DNA from: a virus
DNA length: 11,733 nt
IMG/VR virus record: IMGVR_UViG_3300045988_021489
Reading direction: 5' to 3' (one strand)
The position numbers and the translations under genes are program-made. The notes under the pieces were generated by a model. That model saw nothing but the letters and a program-made list of their open reading frames with translations. It was not told the origin of the DNA and ran no database searches. Of this stretch, positions 5,038-11,459 are shown in pieces (position 1 is the first letter of the stretch; every line of letters starts with the position of its first letter).

Positions 5038-6125
5038 TGCTTATCGTCTTTTGTTTCTGTTTCCTCTGTTTCCTCTGTTTCCTCTGTTTCGGTATCGTTA
5101 CCGTCCGTTTCCGTTTCCGTTTCTTTCGTTTCTTCTGTTTCCTCTGTTTCCGTGTCGTTTCCGTCTGTTTCGGTGTCGTTTCCGTCTGTTTCGGTTGTTT
5201 CCTCTGTCGGGTCGGGTTCGTCTGTCGGGTCGGGGTTTTCCTTTGCCGTTTCCAAATCAGCCGCCAAAGCGTTGTAATTATCCCTTTCCAAACCCCAACT
5301 TGAAGCAAGTTTAACCGAAATTTCGGTGTCAAACATCGCATTAATTTTCTCAACTGCATTTTGTCTTTCTTTTAGCATATTATCCACATACGGCAAAAGT
5401 ACATCTACATTCATACTTACCTCGCCCAAATTAAGGCGTTCACGCTTCATATTATAATTTGCGTTTAGCCCCAATTCGTTGTACATACTCGCTTTGTAGT
5501 ATTGTATCAGTTCAATAAGTTGTGTTATATACACGCTGTTTGTGGTCGGGGCTGTCTGCATATTTACGCCTTTGAAAAAAGCGTTTTCCCCGATAATTGA
5601 AAACTCGCCGTCTTGTATCTTGCGCAAAATCTCATCGGCACTCTGTTTCGTCTTGTCATCGCTGGCACTTATCAGCATTGTAATACGGGTCAAAATGCTT
5701 GCCGTGTTCAACGAAATAAGCCCGTCAGTATGCAAGACGGCATAACGCCCGATAAGCGGCAAAAGGCTTTCGCCGTTGCTGTCATTCTCAATCAAAACCC
5801 CGTCTTTCTGTATATCGTAGGTTTTGTTTAACTTTAATGCAGGGTTCGCCACGGTGTAAAGCGTTGCCCGTCCGTAAACATCGGGTTCGCCGCCTTTGCC
5901 GCCCGAAAGCGCATACAAAACCCCGTCCACGCTGGTAACAAAGGCGTTGCCCGTGGTCTGCAAAAGCCGCTCCAATTCCTTTTGCGGTATGCTGTCGGGC
6001 AAACCCTCATATTCAAACATACTTTGAGTTTTCGCCAACGTGTTCGCCATAAATTCGGTTACGGCGGTGTCTTTGTCCCTTACTTGTTGCTGGTACAACT
6101 TGTAAATGTTATCTTTCCTTTTCAT
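5034..6125 (-). CDS. Portal (head-tail connector) protein, phi29 gp10-like, with an acidic repeat C-terminal extension
   Basis: Collinear motif matches to remembered phi29 gp10: [124 protein letters not shown]. Confidence 0.88.
   Translation of the reverse strand: [363 protein letters not shown]
5037..5243 (-). repeat. Tandem DNA repeats (9-, 18- and 21-bp units) encoding the T/E/D-rich portal tail
   Basis: On the plus strand: CTGTTTCCT x3-4, GTGTCGTTTCCGTCTGTTTCG x2 and TCTGTCGGGTCGGG x2. They encode [10 protein letters not shown] and PDPT(D/E)E repeats. Confidence 0.9.
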
Positions 6126-6315
6126 CTGTCAAAACTTTAATAAGCGTTGTAAGTTCGGCTAACACTTTCGTATTTTCCGCAATCGTGTCTTTTAGGTGTT
6201 CCGTTTCTTCTTGGTGCGCCTGCCTTTGTTTCACCATATACCAAAACAATGCGCCACACATCACAATCGGAAAACCCAAACTTGAAATGATTTGAATAAT
6301 AGTATTTGCGTCCAT
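6109..6315 (-). CDS. Small single-pass membrane protein (68 aa); holin candidate, YvrJ-like in appearance
   Basis: It has an N-terminal hydrophobic helix (IIQIISSLGFPIVMCGALFWYMV) and a charged coiled C-terminus. It is the first gene after the late promoter and overlaps the portal start by 17 nt. The holin role is inferred only. Confidence 0.6.
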   Translation of the reverse strand: MDANTIIQIISSLGFPIVMCGALFWYMVKQRQAHQEETEHLKDTIAENTKVLAELTTLIKVLTDEKER

Positions 6316-6340
6316 ATCAATAAATTTTTAGTTCCTATTG

Positions 6341-6348
6341 CAAAGGTA
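6341..6348 (-). promoter_or_regulatory. Bacteroidota-type -7 box TACCTTTG (candidate late promoter)
   Basis: The minus strand reads AACTACCTTTGCAATAGG, 25 nt upstream of the ATG at 6315. It sits in the 94-bp gap just downstream of the terminator that closes the replication/packaging-ATPase operon. Confidence 0.5.
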
Positions 6349-6362
6349 GTTATTTATTTCGT

Positions 6363-6403
6363 AAAACGGTCGGTTCGGCACGAAATTTGCACCAAACCGC
6401 CCG
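6363..6403 (-). terminator. Rho-independent terminator after the packaging ATPase gene
   Basis: On the minus strand, CGGGCGGTTTGG-TGCAAATTTCGTG-CCGAACCGACCG forms a 12-bp stem with one mismatch and one G-U pair, followed by TTTT. Confidence 0.65.
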
Positions 6404-6409
6404 TTATTT

Positions 6410-7540
6410 TCATTTAAGCGAAACAATGTTTGTCTTTGCGCTCGTAATTAAATAATTGCGTACTATTTCGCCTATTTCGTTATCTTGGTAGAAAACTTTG
6501 TCTATTGCGAAAAACCGTGCGACTTGTTGTTCCACGTAACTTGCCGTGCTTAACAACTTGCGTTTGTAGTTCGGTTTGCCGTTCATTTCCAAAGAATAAA
6601 TAAGGCTGTTTTCCTCATCTTTAATCGGTGTCGTTTTGGCGTGTATGTACGTGAAACATTCGTTGCCTACTTGTATAATGTTACCCTGCAAAACAACATC
6701 GTTAAACTTGATATAGTACACAAACAACACGTCTTGCGGCTTGTACTTACACGGCAAATGCGGATATACTGCAAGTTCCCACTTGCCGCCCGTAATCATC
6801 TGCAAATTTTGATTGTCGAAACAAAAATACTTGTTACTGGCTTTGTGTTGTACTATCGTGCTGCAATACTCCACCGCCACGATTGCGCCGTGTTCGCCAA
6901 AGCGGTATATATCTATCGTTCCCTGCTCCATAAACGGCACTTGCTTCAAACCCATTTCCGTAAAGTACGGGCAAAACTTGTTTACCGTGTTGCCCAACAT
7001 AAACACTTTGACATCGTTTCGCTGGCGTATTATCGTGCTTAACAAGTTCATAAATAACATAAACTCATCGGGCAAATAATACCGCCGTGTCAGAAACTCG
7101 TCAAATACTATCGTTGTAACATTCGGGTAACTGCTGCTTTTTTCGTGTTCCTGCTCTGAAAGGCAAAACCCGTAACAAAACGGGGTCGGGTCGGGTGTCC
7201 GCTTGTTTTTCTCTGCATCGTAGTAAGATAAAAACCACTTGTTCGACATATAGAACACTTCATTAAATTTGCCCTCTGTCAGTTCCTCAATAAGTCCGTT
7301 TGCCACGTGATTTGCAAACAGACTTTCGGCACGTTTGCCCCGTAAATCCTCACGCCAACGGCGTATATATGCCATTTGCTTGCCCGTCTTGATATAGTTT
7401 TCCAAACCATATTTTAAGGCGGCGTAAGTCTTGCCGTTTGACCGTTCGCCAAATATAACATTATAGTCGGCGTTCTTGCTTAAAATCGCTTTCAAGTCGT
7501 AAAATTTCGGCTTTTCTGTCTTTGTCTTTCTTGTTGTCAT
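6410..7540 (-). CDS. DNA packaging (encapsidation) ATPase, phi29 gp16-like
   Basis: It has Walker A GERSNGKT and Walker B TTIVFDEF. Collinear matches to remembered gp16: NVIFGERSNGKTYA/NFVIGARGIGKSYA, GKQMAYIRRW/GEQFIYVRRY, EKSSSYPNVTTIVFDEFL/EKSNAYPNVSTIVFDEFI. It has no nuclease domain, as in gp16. Confidence 0.92.
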   Translation of the reverse strand: MTTRKTKTEKPKFYDLKAILSKNADYNVIFGERSNGKTYAALKYGLENYIKTGKQMAYIRRWREDLRGKRAESLFANHVANGLIEELTEGKFNEVFYMSNKWFLSYYDAEKNKRTPDPTPFCYGFCLSEQEHEKSSSYPNVTTIVFDEFLTRRYYLPDEFMLFMNLLSTIIRQRNDVKVFMLGNTVNKFCPYFTEMGLKQVPFMEQGTIDIYRFGEHGAIVAVEYCSTIVQHKASNKYFCFDNQNLQMITGGKWELAVYPHLPCKYKPQDVLFVYYIKFNDVVLQGNIIQVGNECFTYIHAKTTPIKDEENSLIYSLEMNGKPNYKRKLLSTASYVEQQVARFFAIDKVFYQDNEIGEIVRNYLITSAKTNIVSLK

Positions 7541-7552
7541 ACTCTTATTATT

Positions 7553-9382
7553 TTAGTCCTTAAATTTAATTCCACGCAAATAATTTATGTACATAACCGA
7601 AAGGGAAAGGCTGTATCCGGTCGGCTCTAAATGTACGCCCGTGCGTTCGTTGTAATGCGCCGTGCTGCCTTTGTAGTCGGTTATTTCGCCTTGTATCTCG
7701 TAGTCTATGTACGTATGTATGTTTTTGCCCGTTGCTTGCGGCGGTATATCCAAATAGTTGGTAAACGCATCAAAGATACCGTTTTCGCCGTACTTTTCAA
7801 TAAGATACGGTATCGCCGCCTTTTTGTTCACTCCCGACACGGTTAAACTGAAATCGTATGCCCGTCCGCCTGCTTTTAGTGCGTTGGGTTCTTGCACCAT
7901 ATAGCGTTTAGCCCCCAAAGTCTTAAACCTTGTATATGTACCCTCGAAATCCCAAACGCCCAAAGTCTTTGTTATGCCTTTTATCGTTTGCGGCTCGCAA
8001 AGCGAAAACGGCAAACCGTGGTACTTGCAGGCTGCACGTAATTTCATTTGCACCTGCATATTATAAGCCTTGAAATACGCTTCGTGCGCTTTGCCGTTCA
8101 TTATTTTAATGCTGTCGGTGTCGCTGTATATGTAATCGTCTTTCGCTTCGTGTATGCCCGTGAAAAGGTTGCGCCGTGCGTATGCGGTTACGAAAATGCC
8201 CCACGGGTAAAACAAGAAACGGTTTTTGCTGGTGTTGTACTTGTATAAAAGTTCCTGCTTTTGTTCGGCTGTCATTGAGTTAATATCCCATTCGCCGTTA
8301 TATGTAAACTCATCACGCAAAGGGTTGGTAACACTCATACCGTAACAACTGTTTAACATTTCCTTGCTGTTAAGATATTCCACTTCTTTGCCCTCAACTC
8401 CTTTTAATTTCGTCTTGCTTTCGTACAAATGAAGGATAGATTTTACAAACGGGGTCGGCAAATAGTCTTTCTTGTAACAATACATTTCACCCACACGCAT
8501 ACTTTCCCACGTATAAAAGTTTTTGATTATATTAAAATCCACGTCCGTAATTGTCAGCGCAATTTTTGAAGCCGCCACAATACGCCCGTTATTTTCGCAC
8601 GGGTTTTCTTTCACAAAACATTTGCTTGCGCTTATCGGGTTGTCTTGCGTTTCGCTGGCAAATATGTTGGTAAACTCAATATCAAACACGCAACAATACT
8701 TTGATATTAAAAACTCAAATTGCGCCATACTCTTAACCGTGATTGCAACGCCTTGCGACATCGGGTATTTTTCCGCTATCATTACATACGGGTAACTGCT
8801 TGTAAAGTCGTAACTATCCACGTTGTACATTATTTCGTCTGTATATTCGGCGATGGCGTGTGTAAAACCGCCTGCAAACGCACGTTGCAGCATATTAAAT
8901 TCATTCATACCCGTAATTTGTAATTCCTGCATCAAGTTCACGTAATCCCAATTTGGTACGGTCTTTCCTGCATCGCTTTTTTCACGCAAACAATGCGCAC
9001 GGCAATACTTGCGCACAAACCCCGTCTTTGTTATCGGTATGTGCGTTATCCCCTTGCTTTCCTCTATACGTTCCTGTATGTAGCACATCACTACTTTAAT
9101 ATCGTTTATGCAATAGTGTATTTCCGCATCAGTAAGCGGCGTTTCGCTGTGCCTTATTTGCTGGTAGTCCAAATCGCCAACGGCTTTTGCACACTTGTAT
9201 TTCATAAGTTGTTCGCCCAACTTTGCAAGCGAATAACCCGAAAGCAAGTAACTGCATCTAAACTCAATGTTGCCCGTTGTTATTGCGTAAATCGGTTTGC
9301 GCAAATCAATACTGAAAACCCGTTGCCACTCAAACCACTTGCGCAAAAACTGAAATTCGTATGAAAGGTTATGCACATACAC
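7553..9382 (-). CDS. Protein-primed family-B DNA polymerase, major portion (Exo II, Exo III, motifs A, B, C); no ATG start
   Basis: Motifs present: Exo II VHNLSYEFQFL, Exo III HYCINDIKV, motif A DFTSSYPYV, motif B KEMLNSCYG, motif C YSDTDSI. The ORF opens with GTG only 4 codons after an in-frame TAA that closes 9395..9763. Confidence 0.95.
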   Translation of the reverse strand: MYVHNLSYEFQFLRKWFEWQRVFSIDLRKPIYAITTGNIEFRCSYLLSGYSLAKLGEQLMKYKCAKAVGDLDYQQIRHSETPLTDAEIHYCINDIKVVMCYIQERIEESKGITHIPITKTGFVRKYCRAHCLREKSDAGKTVPNWDYVNLMQELQITGMNEFNMLQRAFAGGFTHAIAEYTDEIMYNVDSYDFTSSYPYVMIAEKYPMSQGVAITVKSMAQFEFLISKYCCVFDIEFTNIFASETQDNPISASKCFVKENPCENNGRIVAASKIALTITDVDFNIIKNFYTWESMRVGEMYCYKKDYLPTPFVKSILHLYESKTKLKGVEGKEVEYLNSKEMLNSCYGMSVTNPLRDEFTYNGEWDINSMTAEQKQELLYKYNTSKNRFLFYPWGIFVTAYARRNLFTGIHEAKDDYIYSDTDSIKIMNGKAHEAYFKAYNMQVQMKLRAACKYHGLPFSLCEPQTIKGITKTLGVWDFEGTYTRFKTLGAKRYMVQEPNALKAGGRAYDFSLTVSGVNKKAAIPYLIEKYGENGIFDAFTNYLDIPPQATGKNIHTYIDYEIQGEITDYKGSTAHYNERTGVHLEPTGYSLSLSVMYINYLRGIKFKD

Positions 9383-9394
9383 AATAAGGCGTAA

Positions 9395-9763
9395 TTAGTC
9401 ATTCAGCCCTAAAACCTCGCTTACGGTCTGCATCATCGTGACAAACTCGCCCCACGTGCGCCCCATTATCGTATATCCGTTTATGCCAAACTGCCAAACG
9501 TACATTATTGCGGCTTTCTCTAATTTCGCCTTGCGCCCGTTCCCGTCCTGCATACGCTGCATTTGCTCGTATGTGTACGCCCGTCCGTCCGTATCACGGT
9601 AAAAACTTGTTGTTTCAATATCAAAGGCGCACGGGATATTGTAAAACCTTTCGCCCTTGCTGTTTCCGATAATGTTCTTTTCGTTTACGGCACGTTGCAA
9701 CACGCTTGCAATTTCGGTCGGGCTGTTTATTCTTTCTTGTAACTCAAAAGGTATTTTTTTCAT
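9395..9763 (-). CDS. Protein-primed family-B DNA polymerase, N-terminal portion carrying Exo I (AFDIETT)
   Basis: The ATG start overlaps the upstream gene's stop (ATGA). It carries the Exo I DxE motif. The segment IMYVWQFGINGYTIMGRTWGEFV aligns with phi29 VWAYGYMN...IGNSLDEFM. It ends at a TAA in phase with 7553..9382. Confidence 0.9.
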   Translation of the reverse strand: MKKIPFELQERINSPTEIASVLQRAVNEKNIIGNSKGERFYNIPCAFDIETTSFYRDTDGRAYTYEQMQRMQDGNGRKAKLEKAAIMYVWQFGINGYTIMGRTWGEFVTMMQTVSEVLGLND

Positions 9764-10413
9764 AACCCAAACTTATTAAAGTTGCGCAATATCCGTTCTA
9801 TATCGTTTTGCATATCCTCCATTTGGTCGGCTACTTCATTTGCCTGCCTTTCTATTTCCGCATCAATCGCCCGTGATATGCTTTGCGCTTCACTTTCTAT
9901 TTGGGTGCTTATATCGCTTGCGCTTTGCTCCATTTCGCCCGTGAAATCTTTGTACCGCATCAAATAACGCTCCACGAAATCACTATCCGAAACGCTGTTT
10001 AACTTGCCTTGCAAGTTCCTTGCCATTAAATTGTACTCATCGGGCGTTAAATCGTACATACGTTGCAGGTGTTGCCCGTACTGCCTTGCACCTTGCGCCG
10101 TACTTGTCGGCTGGCGTAAAAACGAAATCGCCTTGCCGTACTCAATTTTTAGGGTGTTCCAATCGCCTTTCATTGAAAACTTGGTAAACCCTTTTACATC
10201 GCCTTTGTTTAACGCTTGCACGGCTGGCGAAAGTTGTCCGCTTTGCTCTATATTCTGTATTCGGCGGTTCGCCATTTGGAAAACCCTTGCAATCTCTTTT
10301 CTATATTCGGGGCTGCTTTCCACGGCTTGCAATATCTCTTTTTTGATTTTCGCCCGTTGGGTTGCTCCAAATACAGACTTTGTAAATTTAATCTTGAAAC
10401 CTAACTTTGCCAT
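9760..10413 (-). CDS. Terminal protein candidate (217 aa)
   Basis: It lies immediately upstream of the protein-primed polymerase and is translationally coupled to it (ATGA), as gene 3 is to gene 2 in phi29. It has a basic N-terminus (MAKLGFKIKFTKSVFGATQRAKIKK) and an acidic helical C-terminus rich in Ser. The call is positional only. Confidence 0.55.
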   Translation of the reverse strand: MAKLGFKIKFTKSVFGATQRAKIKKEILQAVESSPEYRKEIARVFQMANRRIQNIEQSGQLSPAVQALNKGDVKGFTKFSMKGDWNTLKIEYGKAISFLRQPTSTAQGARQYGQHLQRMYDLTPDEYNLMARNLQGKLNSVSDSDFVERYLMRYKDFTGEMEQSASDISTQIESEAQSISRAIDAEIERQANEVADQMEDMQNDIERILRNFNKFGL

Positions 10414-10431
10414 AACGGTATTATATTAAAT

Positions 10432-10456
10432 AGGGGTTGCAAACATTGCAACCCCT
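10432..10456. other. Perfect 10-bp-stem hairpin (AGGGGTTGCA-AACAT-TGCAACCCCT) in the gap upstream of the terminal-protein gene
   Basis: The inverted repeat was read directly. On the minus strand it is followed by ATTTAATATAAT (a weak U-tract), so it could be a terminator/attenuator or a 5'-UTR structure. Confidence 0.6.
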
Positions 10457-10457
10457 A

Positions 10458-10465
10458 CAAAGTTA
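10458..10465 (-). promoter_or_regulatory. TAACTTTG -7-box motif abutting the hairpin, upstream of the terminal-protein/polymerase genes
   Basis: The minus strand reads ATGTTTAACTTTG-TAGGGGTTGCA..., the same TGTTTAACTTTG-plus-hairpin layout as at 3139..3189. Confidence 0.4.
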
Positions 10466-10484
10466 AACATAACTTTCCAAACTC

Positions 10485-10841
10485 TTACAAGTCCACAAAC
10501 GAAATAGAATAACACTTCTTGCCGTGGCTCTCGTACTCGTAAATCGTGTACCCGACTTTGCCGTCTTTGATAGTTTGTACCGCCTCATCATCGGCAAGTA
10601 TTTCACGCACCGTTTCGGCGGTGTGGCTTGGCAGGTTCACCAGCCGTTTGTTTTCCTCATCAATAATTACGGGGCTGTCGCCTAATTGCGACTTGTGGAC
10701 ATAAAGCCCATTGATTTTGTGTACCACATCTTTGCCGCCCTCATTTTCAGAGTTGAAAATATCGGTTAACTTGGTGTACTGAAAATCGGTTGTGTCAATG
10801 CCAAACGTGGTCTTGTTAAATTTACTTGCAAAACTTTTCAT
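10485..10841 (-). CDS. Hypothetical early protein (118 aa); positional candidate for an SSB or DNA-binding replication accessory protein
   Basis: It has ATG and TAA and a conserved 30-nt leader shared with the upstream gene. Its size and position are comparable to phi29 genes 5/6. I recognise no motif. Confidence 0.65.
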   Translation of the reverse strand: MKSFASKFNKTTFGIDTTDFQYTKLTDIFNSENEGGKDVVHKINGLYVHKSQLGDSPVIIDEENKRLVNLPSHTAETVREILADDEAVQTIKDGKVGYTIYEYESHGKKCYSISFVDL

Positions 10842-10851
10842 TGTAGTAATT

Positions 10852-10869
10852 CTTTTAATTGTTAAACTT
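10852..10869 (-). repeat. 18-bp leader repeat (minus strand AAGTTTAACAATTAAAAG), copy 1
   Basis: It is identical to 11103..11120. Together with the shared TTACTACAATG next to the start codon, the two small early genes have near-identical leaders of about 30 nt. Confidence 0.85.
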
Positions 10870-10880
10870 GGTGTTAATTG

Positions 10881-11093
10881 TTATTCGGCTGTCTGTCCTT
10901 GCGGTTCGCCGTCAAACGGCAAATTTGGATCGGGGTTGGCTTGCGGCTTCAAGTCCATAAGCCACGCACGAAAGCGGTTTATTTTCATAACTGCCCGTTG
11001 GTTGCGGCATACTTCATTACACGCCATAAGGCTACCCAAAGCCGACAAAGCGGCAAACGAAAACTCGTCAAATGCGTTTCTTTTTTCTTCCAT
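10881..11093 (-). CDS. Hypothetical early protein (70 aa)
   Basis: It has ATG and TAA and the conserved leader. I recognise no motif. Confidence 0.55.
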   Translation of the reverse strand: MEEKRNAFDEFSFAALSALGSLMACNEVCRNQRAVMKINRFRAWLMDLKPQANPDPNLPFDGEPQGQTAE

Positions 11094-11102
11094 TGTAGTA
11101 AA

Positions 11103-11120
11103 CTTTTAATTGTTAAACTT
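11103..11120 (-). repeat. 18-bp leader repeat, copy 2
   Basis: It is identical to 10852..10869. Confidence 0.85.
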
Positions 11121-11124
11121 ATTG

Positions 11125-11355
11125 TTATTTTGTTTTTGGAAACTTCACCGTACCGCCGTGGTAGATATACGTTGTATCGGTTGTTATTATCACTGCTTTG
11201 CCGCTGCTTGCGCTTTCACGTTGTACGCTGCAACCCTGCAAGATTGCAGATAGAAACAACATCGCACCGCAAACGGCAAAAATCATTACACACATTGCAA
11301 CTTCTTTAATTGCTTCTTTCGGTTGCTCTTTGAAATGCTTTATTAACTCTTTCAT
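11125..11355 (-). CDS. Small membrane protein, possibly a lipoprotein (76 aa), first gene of the right-end early operon
   Basis: It has a charged N-terminus, a hydrophobic helix VAMCVMIFAVCGAMLFLSAIL, then QGC (an imperfect lipobox L-Q-G-C). It ends in three in-phase TAA codons within five codons. Confidence 0.6.
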   Translation of the reverse strand: MKELIKHFKEQPKEAIKEVAMCVMIFAVCGAMLFLSAILQGCSVQRESASSGKAVIITTDTTYIYHGGTVKFPKTK

Positions 11356-11382
11356 ATTTCAACTTGTTTAAGTAACACGTTG

Positions 11383-11390
11383 CAAAGATA
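11383..11390 (-). promoter_or_regulatory. Bacteroidota-type -7 box TATCTTTG (candidate early promoter)
   Basis: The minus strand reads GTTGTATCTTTGCAACG, 27 nt upstream of the ATG at 11355, in the non-coding gap inside the right ITR boundary. Confidence 0.5.
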
Positions 11391-11459
11391 CAACTTTTTT
11401 CAAACATACAAGCATAAGCGCACAAATTATTTTCGTTTTAACTTTTCTTAACTCTTGGT

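Noticed and set aside
4511-5359. Alternative-frame ORFs over the scaffold and portal-repeat region (4511..4783 +, 4536..4751 -, 4928..5314 +, 5006..5359 -, 5037..5303 +)
   Set aside because: They are artefacts of the tandem repeat being open in several frames, giving poly-FLC or poly-KRQ products. The portal frame is supported by homology motifs and by the ATGA coupling.
5542-9364. Other short or antisense ORFs inside the portal, ATPase and polymerase genes (5542..5745, 5613..5831, 5834..6016, 6641..7042, 6813..7079, 7631..7846, 8048..8248, 8523..8795, 8720..8923, 8993..9364), plus 2730..2921 and 3366..3677 on the minus strand and 9782..9967, 10004..10429, 10216..10404, 10792..11109, 10878..11309
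   Set aside because: All are nested in or antisense to ORFs with clear motif support, and none has an independent signal.
9383-9397. An intein, intron or homing-endonuclease insertion as the cause of the split polymerase
   Set aside because: There is no extra sequence. Only TAA plus four codons separate the pieces, and the flanking residues align contiguously with phi29 polymerase.
10402-10409. Plus-strand TAACTTTG inside the terminal-protein coding start, and the minus-strand copy at 282..289 facing outward into the left ITR, as antisense or outward promoters
   Set aside because: The motif has six specified bases, so several chance hits are expected in 23 kb of two-strand sequence. Neither copy precedes an ORF. 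I kept only copies located where operon starts are expected.
11113-11127. Genome-wide reassignment of TAA to a sense codon, as an explanation for the in-frame TAAs
   Set aside because: - TAA closes most genes.
- The first early gene ends TAA CAA TAA GTT TAA, three in-phase stops.
- Reading through the TAA of the 387..749 gene would run about 60 codons through the terminator and into antisense sequence.
- The capsid and 118-aa genes are backed up by nearby in-phase TAG or TAA codons.
- TAA is therefore a genuine terminator, and only specific sites look anomalous.
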